Source of the DNA: Deltaproteobacteria bacterium
GTDB lineage: Bacteria; Bdellovibrionota; UBA1018; UBA923
Direction of reading: 5' to 3'
Assembly: GCA_016194725.1 (NCBI GenBank)
Contig: JACQAW010000170.1
Location: 1-34,395 of the forward strand
Length of the DNA: 34,395 bases
Position numbers and translations under genes: made by a program. The first letter of the stretch is position 1; every line of letters begins with the position of its first letter. This document shows positions 9,027 through 16,983 of the stretch, in pieces. The notes beneath the pieces were generated by a model. That model searched no databases, had not been told where the DNA came from, and saw nothing but the letters and a program-made list of their open reading frames with translations.

Positions 9027-9066
9027 GCCGGCCAGTGGCTGGAAATCGGGCTACGAGGTCCAATGT

Positions 9067-9103
9067 GGGACAGATTGGCTCAAGCCGTGCGCGCTGTTGT
9101 CTC
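9067..9103. promoter_or_regulatory. Tandem enhancer boxes
   Basis: GGGACA-GAT-TGGCTC 9067-9081 and GCGCGC-TGT-TGTCTC 9089-9103. Confidence 0.7.
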
Positions 9104-9142
9104 GTGCAACCCTGAAATCAAGTTATTTCAGTGGGATCTCCC

Positions 9143-9159
9143 CTGGAACGCCAGTTGCA
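9143..9159 (+). promoter_or_regulatory. sigma54 promoter
   Basis: CTGGAAC-GCCAG-TTGCA, 39 nt from box. Confidence 0.7.
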
Positions 9160-9203
9160 ATTTCATTGGCTGACGGCAAGGTCGTCAGCGACGAGGTGAA
9201 GCC

Positions 9204-9410
9204 ATGAGGGCATTTTGGCCGATTTTCATCATTCTTGGAGTGGCCAGCCGAATGCAAAGAGGACTAAACCCAAAGTTCTATCGGGCCGTTCTGGACGACC
9301 GCGCGCAGAATGTCGGTGCTTGTCAGGATTCCGATGATTCGGTGCTCGGAATCCACGATGGGAATGGCGTGAATCCTATTGGCAAGCATAGCTGCGCGCC
9401 CTGCCGTTGA
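9204..9410 (+). other. Small ORF or 5' remnant of an exported-protein gene
   Basis: Own sigma54 promoter, SD GAGGTG and signal-like start MRAFWPIFIILGVAS, but after about 20 codons it runs antisense through the CBS fragment. Confidence 0.4.
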
Positions 9411-9429
9411 TGGAGTAAAGAAGCGGCAT
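9264..9429 (-). pseudogene. CBS-domain gene with large internal deletion/frameshift
   Basis: ATG 9429 gives MPLLYSINGR; the other frame gives the last CBS half MLANRIHAIPIVDSEHRIIGILTSTDILRAVVQNGPIELWV; the first CBS domain is missing. Confidence 0.65.
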
Positions 9430-9441
9430 CTGACGAATTCC

Positions 9442-9951
9442 CTAAAAAATAAATCCATCCATGCGATGGCCCGCGTTCTCGAGAATTCCCTGAAGAGTCC
9501 AGCGTGCGGGCGTCTTGGGATCTCCCAAGAGGTCGATGAGAACTTTCATCAGATCGTCCGTCGTGACGATGCCTACGGTTGCACGGCCATTTGTTACCAA
9601 GAGGGCCGATACCTTTTCCTGGAGCAAGCGCTCGGCAACCAATCGGATGTCCGAATCCTGCTCGATGGTCAGAACCGGCCAGCCCATGTAGTCGCGAACT
9701 CTCGCTTCGGGATCGAATTCGATGCTTTCCGATGAAGCCGGGCTCGGTGGCTCATGCTTGATCTCGGAAATCATGGCCCGCTGTACGTCGCGGTCGGAAA
9801 GCATCCCTACGATTTCACCGGTATCGTCGCATACCGGAAGATGCCTGAGTTTCCGCTTTCGCATGCGTTTGCACGCGGTTTCCATATTCTCATTGAAGTT
9901 TATCGTGACCAGTTTCTTGCTCATGCTTTCGCGCGCCAGTTTCTTTGTCAT
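9442..9951 (-). CDS. CBS-domain pair protein
   Basis: MRKRKLRHLPVCD...VGMLSDRDV; VGIVTTDDLM; start ATG 9951 with SD GGAGAGG. Confidence 0.9.
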   Translation of the reverse strand: MTKKLARESMSKKLVTINFNENMETACKRMRKRKLRHLPVCDDTGEIVGMLSDRDVQRAMISEIKHEPPSPASSESIEFDPEARVRDYMGWPVLTIEQDSDIRLVAERLLQEKVSALLVTNGRATVGIVTTDDLMKVLIDLLGDPKTPARWTLQGILENAGHRMDGFIF

Positions 9952-9980
9952 GGATTGATCCTCTCCCTGCCTTACTGTTA

Positions 9981-9997
9981 CGCAAGATGGATGCCAT
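9981..9997 (-). promoter_or_regulatory. sigma54 promoter for CBS genes
   Basis: ATGGCAT-CCATC-TTGCG, 39 nt from box 10037. Confidence 0.75.
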
Positions 9998-10036
9998 TTA
10001 TTCAAGGCTTGACTTGCCAGCTATCCGACTCGATTT

Positions 10037-10073
10037 GGGCCGTTTCGTCTCAGCGGCAGCGACTTTGGGGCAC
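10037..10073. promoter_or_regulatory. Tandem enhancer boxes
   Basis: GGGCCG-TTT-CGTCTC 10037-10051 and degenerate GCGACT-TTG-GGGCAC 10059-10073. Confidence 0.55.
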
Positions 10074-10081
10074 GTTACCTC

Positions 10082-10852
10082 TTATAACTTGCGATATACG
10101 TCAAGGACGCGATTAACCGCTTTACCGCTCATGGCGCGTACGTGGACAAGGTACGGTCCTGCCTTGAGCTGGCCAAGCCTGATTTCGTATCGAAATTCAG
10201 TTCGCTCGTGGCGGCACGGCTGGCTTCGGTCGCGTTCGACAATGGGCATGACGACAAAAACATCATTCTGCCTCTCCAGGCGTACCGGCTCTTGCAGATG
10301 CTCGCACGAGAAGTAGAGTGTCCCCTGGATGATAATCTTGATCGACTCGTCATCGAGCAGGATCTTATCCGAAAGAACATCGCTCACCGAGGCGTAGGGG
10401 TAGTCATCGATATCCGCGGTTTCCGCGGCCGCCACGCCGAAGTCGCGAGTTCCGATATTTTTAGTTTCCTGGTCGCGCAGGAATTCGATTTTGTACTTTC
10501 CGGCGTCCAGCTGCCCAAGCGAGACTTCCGTCTCATAGGGGCTCGTCAAATCAGGATCGAGGTCCCCGTTTCCGCAGATGCCTGTTGTTCTCAGCCACGC
10601 ATATTGATGAACGCGCAGGGTAGGACCTTTCTTTTCTATCTTGGTTTCGCCCAAGGTATAGCAGATATGCGGTAGCTCCCCTTTGACCACCATGACAATA
10701 TGGTCATTGTCGTCATATCCGTGCGCCGGTACGAACACGGCACTGACATTGACTTCCGTCGCCGCATCTTGTGCCAGTGCTTTGGTTGAAGAAAAAGACA
10801 GTGCGGTACTTAGAATCCCAAAGCTCAGTGCGATCCATACTTTCTTATTCAT
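10082..10852 (-). CDS. Exported two-repeat beta-sandwich-like hypothetical protein (GYDDND motif)
   Basis: Signal peptide from ATG 10852 (SD GGGGGA); two internal repeats each with a Cys pair; paralog of 12220-12954. Confidence 0.8.
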   Translation of the reverse strand: MNKKVWIALSFGILSTALSFSSTKALAQDAATEVNVSAVFVPAHGYDDNDHIVMVVKGELPHICYTLGETKIEKKGPTLRVHQYAWLRTTGICGNGDLDPDLTSPYETEVSLGQLDAGKYKIEFLRDQETKNIGTRDFGVAAAETADIDDYPYASVSDVLSDKILLDDESIKIIIQGTLYFSCEHLQEPVRLERQNDVFVVMPIVERDRSQPCRHERTEFRYEIRLGQLKAGPYLVHVRAMSGKAVNRVLDVYRKL

Positions 10853-10877
10853 GATTCCCCCGTTTGCCTGGGCAATT

Positions 10878-10894
10878 AGCAATCGATGTGCCAA
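10878..10894 (-). promoter_or_regulatory. sigma54 promoter
   Basis: TTGGCAC-ATCGA-TTGCT (consensus), 42 nt from box 10937. Confidence 0.8.
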
Positions 10895-10936
10895 ACGCAG
10901 TTCCAGCGGCGGTTCGGGTTAGAGAAAATTCTCCAT

Positions 10937-10973
10937 GAGACGGAATAGCTCGTGCCGAGGTTCGATTTGTCCC
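10937..10973. promoter_or_regulatory. Tandem enhancer boxes
   Basis: GAGACG-GAA-TAGCTC 10937-10951 and GGTTCG-ATT-TGTCCC 10959-10973. Confidence 0.65.
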
Positions 10974-11014
10974 GAAAAGGCGGCGCGGTTCTCTTGCTGC
11001 GGCCGGGAAATTTC

Positions 11015-11031
11015 CTGGAATACCTATTGCA
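11015..11031 (+). promoter_or_regulatory. sigma54 promoter
   Basis: CTGGAAT-ACCTA-TTGCA, 41 nt from box. Confidence 0.7.
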
Positions 11032-11064
11032 CAGTGCTCCATCCAGGAAAGTGAGGAACTTAAA

Positions 11065-11541
11065 ATGAGAAATGAAAAAATAGCGACGGTGTTGTTGGTT
11101 GGAAGCGTATTCGTGTTTCAGGGTTGTGCGCATGGTGGGCTGGATAAACGTCTCGATGCGAAGTTGTCGGGAGAAAATACCGTTAAGGCACGAGCAGACT
11201 TACAGGCCGAGGCAGGTCAACTGATTGAAGCGGCGCCAGGGTTGTCCGCAGACCAGCGTTCGAATCTCACAGCACTTCGTGAGACAGTCCGCACGCAGAC
11301 CGATGCGATTCGGGAGCGGTCATTGAAACTTCGTTCGGTGCTCATAAAGGATCTCATGTCGGCAAGTTACGACGAGGACGAAGTGGAGCTTGTAAAAGAG
11401 AGGATTAAAAACCTCGAAGATCAAAGGCTGTCGGCTCTGTTCAATGCGGTCGAGCGTGCCAATGCGATTCTTGGACGCCAGGCTTCGGCGAATCAGCAGA
11501 TAGTTCATGATTTTTTTGAACACGCAGGGCACAGCAACTAG
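11065..11541 (+). CDS. Helical lipoprotein (hypothetical, Spy/CpxP/ZraP-like pattern)
   Basis: Lipobox FQGC; LSADQRSNL; paralog of the next gene. Confidence 0.78.
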   Translation: MRNEKIATVLLVGSVFVFQGCAHGGLDKRLDAKLSGENTVKARADLQAEAGQLIEAAPGLSADQRSNLTALRETVRTQTDAIRERSLKLRSVLIKDLMSASYDEDEVELVKERIKNLEDQRLSALFNAVERANAILGRQASANQQIVHDFFEHAGHSN

Positions 11542-11549
11542 CACTGGGA

Positions 11550-12041
11550 ATGGGTATGAAAAAAATAATAATTTCTGTTTTAATTGCGGCAGGCGTCCAA
11601 GGCTGTGCCCACGGCTCGGAGTTATCAACCGAAGCAAGGCTTGACGAGAAGTTGAGTCAGGAAGCATTGCTTAGAAACGGGGCTGATTTGAAAGCTGAGG
11701 CGAAGCAGCTTCTGGAAAGCTCTTCTCGTCTTACTCCCAGCCAGAGAGCTGAGCTTACCTCGCTGCGAAATTCGACTTCCAGGCAGATGGACAAATTCAA
11801 TTCTGAGTCCCTGAAGTTGCGCGCTGTATTAATCGAGGATGTCCTTGCGTCCTCGTATGATGGTGCCGAGGTCGAATTGCTCAAGAGACGAATGAGAGAT
11901 CTGGAGCATCGTAAGCTTTTGGCTTTCTTTAGATCCATACGGGATGCCAACATCAAGCTTGGGCGCTGGTCGTCGAAGAATGATCGCGTTACGTCCGAAG
12001 TGCTGGATGAAATGACTTTCGACGTTTTTCTGCTCAAATAA
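11550..12041 (+). CDS. Helical lipoprotein (hypothetical), paralog of 11065
   Basis: Lipobox VQGC; LTPSQRAEL, SLKLRAVLI, SYDGAEVELLK match the upstream paralog; start 11550 or 11556. Confidence 0.78.
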   Translation: MGMKKIIISVLIAAGVQGCAHGSELSTEARLDEKLSQEALLRNGADLKAEAKQLLESSSRLTPSQRAELTSLRNSTSRQMDKFNSESLKLRAVLIEDVLASSYDGAEVELLKRRMRDLEHRKLLAFFRSIRDANIKLGRWSSKNDRVTSEVLDEMTFDVFLLK

Positions 12042-12080
12042 GGCCAAAGTCATGCTCAAGCTAAATACCCGGCATCAATT

Positions 12081-12116
12081 GAGACAAAAAATCTCCACGA
12101 AGACTCAATTCTTCTC
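12081..12116. promoter_or_regulatory. Tandem enhancer boxes
   Basis: GAGACA-AAA-AATCTC 12081-12095 and GACTCA-ATT-CTTCTC 12102-12116. Confidence 0.6.
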
Positions 12117-12157
12117 ACCGGATACACGGAGTGAGCCGATCTGTAGGCAAAAGTTGC

Positions 12158-12174
12158 TTGGCACGTCGGCTGCA
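12158..12174 (+). promoter_or_regulatory. sigma54 promoter
   Basis: TTGGCAC-GTCGG-CTGCA, 41 nt from box. Confidence 0.75.
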
Positions 12175-12219
12175 ATGGGTCTTCCCGATTTTAAAAAAAT
12201 TCAAACAGGGGGAAGAGTC

Positions 12220-12954
12220 ATGAATAAAGTTTTGGTGAACTTGGCTATTTTGTTTTCTGTCGTAATCATTTCAGCAAAGGCTGCGACGGCTCAGGATTTT
12301 AAGCCAGTGCTTCTTGTTCAGGAGCCGGAGCATGTGTTTACCCCGATGGGTTTTGACGACAACGATAACGTGCAGATGGTTCTCCATGGCTACTTGTCTG
12401 ATACCTGCCACAAAACGGGTCCTGTCTATACGCGGGTCGACAAAGAGCACAAGACGATCTACGTCCGCAATACGGTGTACTTCTATTCCGGCTGTTGGTG
12501 TGCGGCTGTACTTACGCCTTATCTTCAAACCCTGAATCTGGGACTGCTGGGCGTCGGAAGCTACGATGTTGTCGTGGAGAAGCCGGACGGCACGTTTCAA
12601 AAAATGGCAGCGCTCCCTGTCGCGGTCGCCAAAACACCAAGTCCAGACGATTACCTCTATGCGCCCGTCGATCACCTGCACTTCACCCAACGCCAGGCCC
12701 CGCAGTCGTCTGAGATCACTTTGAGTGGCGTATTCAGAAACAGCTGCATGACGTTGAAAGACGTAAAAGTAACCTATCGACCCAATCATGTCGTCGAAGT
12801 CCAACCCATCGCGGAAATGGACACGACCAATTGCACGATTGACGCCAAGCCCTTCGAAGCAACCGTCAAAATCAATCCTGCCTATCGCGGAACAGCTTTG
12901 ATTCACGTTCGGTCCCTGAACGGCCAGTCCTTGAATCAGGTCGTCGACCTGTAA
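12220..12954 (+). CDS. Exported two-repeat hypothetical protein (GFDDND motif)
   Basis: Signal peptide from ATG 12220 (SD GGGGGA); VFTPMGFDDNDN, DDYLYAPV, LIHVRSLNGQSLN align with 10082-10852. Confidence 0.8.
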   Translation: MNKVLVNLAILFSVVIISAKAATAQDFKPVLLVQEPEHVFTPMGFDDNDNVQMVLHGYLSDTCHKTGPVYTRVDKEHKTIYVRNTVYFYSGCWCAAVLTPYLQTLNLGLLGVGSYDVVVEKPDGTFQKMAALPVAVAKTPSPDDYLYAPVDHLHFTQRQAPQSSEITLSGVFRNSCMTLKDVKVTYRPNHVVEVQPIAEMDTTNCTIDAKPFEATVKINPAYRGTALIHVRSLNGQSLNQVVDL

Positions 12955-12990
12955 GTGGTGATTTTCAGGCGCAGGTTGCGGGCGCCAGGA

Positions 12991-13025
12991 CGTCGCGGTC
13001 AGGGGCAATAGACCTGACCGCGACG
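12991..13025. terminator. Perfect 13-bp hairpin between convergent genes
   Basis: cgtcgcggtcagg-N9-cctgaccgcgacg. Confidence 0.6.
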
Positions 13026-14098
13026 CTACATCCAATAGCTGAAGTAGATCAACGGCCGAAAGAGCAAACGTCTGAGTCGGTGAAGCAGGGTGCTGGTGTC
13101 CTGCCTGATTTTAATCGAAACGCTCAGATCAAGACGGTATTGCTGTGATAAGGTTTGCAGAGTGGCGGGAAGGGTCGTGGCATAGTTTGCCTCGATATCA
13201 TGCAGCGAGCTGCGAAAGTTCAGGTTACCCGACCCCAGCATCGCCCAGCGGTCGATGAGCATGCACTTGGCGTGAAGGAAGCTGGATTGGTATTCGTAGA
13301 TCTGCACGCCGGCGCCTTGAAGTGTCGGAAACAGCAGGGAAGAGATCCAGCCGACAACCGGAACATCGGCGTAGTGATCCAGACGTGATCTTTCGCTGAA
13401 TTGATGCGCGCAATCATGTCATCAAAAAACAGATGCCGAAGCGTTCCTGACGTCTCGGTTCGAATTGGACTATCCGCGATACGCGCTCGTAGCCTTTGGG
13501 TCAGTCTGCGTTTGTGGTCGTTATTCAAGAGCAAATTGATTCGGTCGTACCAGGTCACGCGAAAGGCGAGCTCGAAAGGGAGTGGATCGATTCCCACAAT
13601 GCGTATTCCGGTGTCGCGCCAGGCTTTATCTCCATCGATCGATCGAAGATGACGACTCGAGACGTTGAAGCTTCCTATCCAAATTTCACTTTCGTCAATG
13701 AGGCACATTTTGCGGTGATTTCGATGGTTCAAACGGTTAAAGAAATCACGAAATGGGCCGTGCCTGGCAAGAGGCGTGAAAACCCCGAGTCCCATGAAAC
13801 GCAGGAAAAACCGTGGTACGGGGTGGTAGTAATGAAAGCTCACCCCGGAGTATTTCAGCTCAGCTTCCGAGGCAAAGTCGAGCGAGCCAATACCATCGAT
13901 GAGCAGGCGCACGCTCACACTCACACCTCGCTTCGCGGCTTCGGCTAAGGCGCCAATCATGCGTTTGCCCAGGGGACCGTTCTCGAAAATGTAGCTCTCG
14001 AGATGGATGGAGCGACGGGCCCCTGCGATGGCGGCAAGGATTGCGTCGAAATAGGCGTCGCCGTCGAAAAACAGTTGTTCGGTAAGTTCCTTTTCCAT
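13026..14098 (-). pseudogene. cls: Cardiolipin synthase (PLD family, ClsB-like), interrupted by an internal deletion/frameshift near 13367
   Basis: HKD motifs NHRKMCLIDE and LHAKCMLIDR lie in different frames; WITTP joins directly to an out-of-frame DVPVVGWISS...GVQIYEY. Confidence 0.85.
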
Positions 14099-14101
14099 CT
14101 G

Positions 14102-14848
14102 CTAGTTTCCGCGAAGATGGTGCAATGGACACGATGGCGCCAGAGTAGTGGGCCGGGTCTTCGGTGGACTTAATGCTGAATCGATTAGCGCTGAGGCGTG
14201 CAGACTCAGCGAAAACAATCCCAGTCCGATCATGAGAGCCGCCGAGATCTTCGGGGTAAAACCGCGTATTTTGGTGGTAAACCTATTGAAGAGTGCCGGC
14301 GCGGCGCTCAATGCCGGCACGGTCCCGAGCCAAAACAGGCTCAACGCCGCTGCACCTAAAATAGCGCTCTTCGTGGCGGTGGCGCCGAGGACGAAAGTGT
14401 AAAGCCAGCCGCATGGCAGGAAAGCGGAAAGGGCGCCCAGGGTGAAGACACCAATTGCTGAGCTGCCTCTTAGGGAACGTTGAATTAGGTTTGCTGAAAT
14501 AAGGGAGACAGACTTCGGGAAAAGCAAATGCAGGGGCTTACCGCTCAGGCGCCGCACGCCGACCCCGATAAGAAGAATGCCAAAGGCGGTAGAGGCAACC
14601 CAGGGCAATTGTTTTGAGATCGGTGCGTTAAGGATGGAGTTTCCGAGGGCCCCGGCTATGGCGCCGAGGCTTGCGTAACTCAATAGGCGTCCCAGATGAT
14701 AGAGGCCAAGGCTCTTGGTGTCTTTGACGAAGCTGATGACGAGGCCGCCGCACATGCCGACGCAATGCGCGCTGCCCAGAAGGCTGGCAACCAGTATTCC
14801 GCTCGGCAAAATGGCCTGTAAGATTGGGTCAGAGATAGGGGCCGACAA
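14102..14848 (-). CDS. DsbD_2/TauE-SafE-like membrane protein of cbb3 clusters
   Basis: GSAHCVGMCGG, YHLGRLLSY, FLPCGWLY, FWLGTVP; multiple TM segments. Confidence 0.88.
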   Translation of the reverse strand: MSAPISDPILQAILPSGILVASLLGSAHCVGMCGGLVISFVKDTKSLGLYHLGRLLSYASLGAIAGALGNSILNAPISKQLPWVASTAFGILLIGVGVRRLSGKPLHLLFPKSVSLISANLIQRSLRGSSAIGVFTLGALSAFLPCGWLYTFVLGATATKSAILGAAALSLFWLGTVPALSAAPALFNRFTTKIRGFTPKISAALMIGLGLFSLSLHASALIDSALSPPKTRPTTLAPSCPLHHLRGN

Positions 14849-16244
14849 GGCTTAACTCCTCTGTAAGCACGATTGCACTTCCATTCATAATATTCAAAGC
14901 AATCTGGGTATGCCCGTTTACAAGCAGCGACTTTGGAAATTTTATGAAAAACTCGGCTCCCGCTTTCTGCCCAGCCTGAATATGCAGGGGCCGCCCGGCA
15001 AAAACGAATTCCACGCCGCGGTTTGCATACTCAGCAGTGGGCAGCAGATCGATGACAGCCCCGTCGAAACTTTGATTGCTGAGATCGGTTTTGAAATGAT
15101 TTATGATCACGCTCGAACCAGTCGAGGTTTTTATCTCCTGGTAGGGCGTGTCGGTGGCGCGAATGAAGGCCGCCTCGACCGGGCGCCTAGTCGCAATGCT
15201 CGTGATGAGTCCCATGATTATTCCCGCGAGCAGAAGCGAATAGACGATGGTGCGTCCCCGGATTATTTTTGATTTCCCGCCTTGAAGAGCGACCGCCGAA
15301 GCGTGCCTGATCAGACCTCTAGGCTTATGGAGCCTCGTCATCACGTCATCGCAAGCATCGATGCAAGCGGTGCAGCCGATGCATTCGAGCTGCGTGCCAC
15401 GACGAATGTCGATTCCCGTCGGGCAGACCTGCACGCAACGGTAGCAGTTGACGCAGTCGCCGCCAGGCGTGCCCTCGCTATTTAAACCTTTTCGCGGCTC
15501 TCCGCGCCTGACGTCGTAGGTCACGAGGGTGGAATGCTCATCCATCAAGAGACACTGGAACCTGCCATAGGGGCAAAGCATGGTACAAAACTGCTCACGA
15601 AACCACCCAAAGTCGAAGAGGATGAAACCGGTGATTGCCAGCATTACCGAAAAGCTCAGAGGGTTTTCGGCGGGAGAATGACGGATCATCCGAGACAATT
15701 CATCGGTTCCCACGAAGTAAGCGATAAAACTGTGTGCTACAACCAAGGTAAAGGTCGAGTAAAGAAGCCACTTCAGACATTTTTTGTAAAATTTGTCAAA
15801 AGTCCATCCTCCGGTATCCAGCTTTCTGCGCGCGACATGGTCGCCTTCGACCACGCGCTCGATGACCCGAAAAAGACTATCGATAAAAACCGTCTGGGGA
15901 CACGCCCACCCACACCAGGCGCGCCCCCAGACGGCCGTGACAAGCCCAAGAGTCAGAGCCGCGCCGCCGATCAGGAAGACGAGCATCGGTGCGTCGTGCG
16001 CCCAGAAAGTAAGGCCGAAGATCGCGAATCTGCGCTGCATAATATTCATAAGAATAGCCTGGTGGCCATGCACGTGCATCCAAGGCAGAAGCAGAAAAAC
16101 CAGAATCAGAATCGAGTGAGTCCAGGTTCGCGCGGTGCGAAAGCGCCCTTTGACCTCGGCGGAGTACAGGTAGATTCGGCGTCCCTGTTGGTCTGAGGTC
16201 GCCAGCCTGTCAGTCGGCAGTTCGCGGGACGAGTTGGAGCTCAT
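14829..16244 (-). CDS. ccoG: Cytochrome c oxidase accessory protein CcoG/FixG
   Basis: GRAWCGWACPQT, REQFCTMLCPYGRFQ, CVNCYRCVQVCPTGIDIR, CIGCTACIDACD. Confidence 0.95.
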   Translation of the reverse strand: MSSNSSRELPTDRLATSDQQGRRIYLYSAEVKGRFRTARTWTHSILILVFLLLPWMHVHGHQAILMNIMQRRFAIFGLTFWAHDAPMLVFLIGGAALTLGLVTAVWGRAWCGWACPQTVFIDSLFRVIERVVEGDHVARRKLDTGGWTFDKFYKKCLKWLLYSTFTLVVAHSFIAYFVGTDELSRMIRHSPAENPLSFSVMLAITGFILFDFGWFREQFCTMLCPYGRFQCLLMDEHSTLVTYDVRRGEPRKGLNSEGTPGGDCVNCYRCVQVCPTGIDIRRGTQLECIGCTACIDACDDVMTRLHKPRGLIRHASAVALQGGKSKIIRGRTIVYSLLLAGIIMGLITSIATRRPVEAAFIRATDTPYQEIKTSTGSSVIINHFKTDLSNQSFDGAVIDLLPTAEYANRGVEFVFAGRPLHIQAGQKAGAEFFIKFPKSLLVNGHTQIALNIMNGSAIVLTEELSLVGPYL

Positions 16245-16247
16245 GGC

Positions 16248-16814
16248 CTACTCCTTCACGAGATTTCCCTGTGACGCTTTGGCGCCCGCTGGGTTCGTGC
16301 CACGAAGAGATTTCACATAAGCCGTGACTGAATAGAGCTCCTCATCGGTTAACAGGGTTACCCAGGGGGGCATGCCTTTGTCCAAAACTCCGTCATGAAC
16401 GACTTTGGCGATCGCTCCGATCTTACCGTCTCCATGTATCCAATAGTCGTCGGTGAGATTCGGGCCTATGAGACCCTGCCCTTTGTCGCCATGGCAGGAA
16501 ACGCAACGATTTTGAAATACGGTTTTACCCACGGCCAACTTCTCGGCACTTGTCTGGTAAGCTACGAGCTTCGGCATTTCGGGAAACAAGCTTGGTGGCG
16601 CAGCCGTTTTTTTCGATTCCATCGCGGCCACTTCGCTCGCGAATTCGTCTTGAATCGAAGGGCCGCTGCCCAGCTCATAATAACAGTAGTATCCGGCGCC
16701 AAATAGTAGGGTCAGATAGAGCAGCCCCAACCACCACTGCGGAAGCGAGTTGTCGAGCTCCTGGATGCCGTCGTAGTCGTGATCGGTCAGCTTTTCGTTC
16801 TTTTCATCGCTCAT
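16248..16814 (-). CDS. ccoP: cbb3-type oxidase subunit III, mono-heme CcoP
   Basis: DHDYDGIQELDNSLPQWW N-terminus; single CVSCH; IGPNLTD; KGMPPW. Confidence 0.92.
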   Translation of the reverse strand: MSDEKNEKLTDHDYDGIQELDNSLPQWWLGLLYLTLLFGAGYYCYYELGSGPSIQDEFASEVAAMESKKTAAPPSLFPEMPKLVAYQTSAEKLAVGKTVFQNRCVSCHGDKGQGLIGPNLTDDYWIHGDGKIGAIAKVVHDGVLDKGMPPWVTLLTDEELYSVTAYVKSLRGTNPAGAKASQGNLVKE

Positions 16815-16983
16815 GACGGTCTTCTTCTTCAGCGAGCGGCAGACGCTCCATTCTTTTGTAGAGCTCGGAGTTTGCTTTCATGAAGACTCGGATAAACATC
16901 GTCACGAATACGGAAAGGAAGATCAGCATCGCGATGCACGTGAGCCAGGTCATCGGAAAGTGGCAAAGTGCTTGAGCGTTCAT
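16804..16983 (-). CDS. ccoQ: cbb3-type oxidase subunit CcoQ
   Basis: 59 aa, one TM, ends MERLPLAEE; ATG overlaps the TGA of the shifted ccoO frame. Confidence 0.8.
   Translation of the reverse strand: MNAQALCHFPMTWLTCIAMLIFLSVFVTMFIRVFMKANSELYKRMERLPLAEEEDRHER

Noticed and set aside
12052-12219. Long N-terminal extensions in the ORF track (also 29709, 32321, 27347, 27738, 9063, 10005, 24882)
   Set aside because: They run through promoters, operator boxes or upstream genes; downstream starts fit SD, signal-peptide or domain boundaries better.
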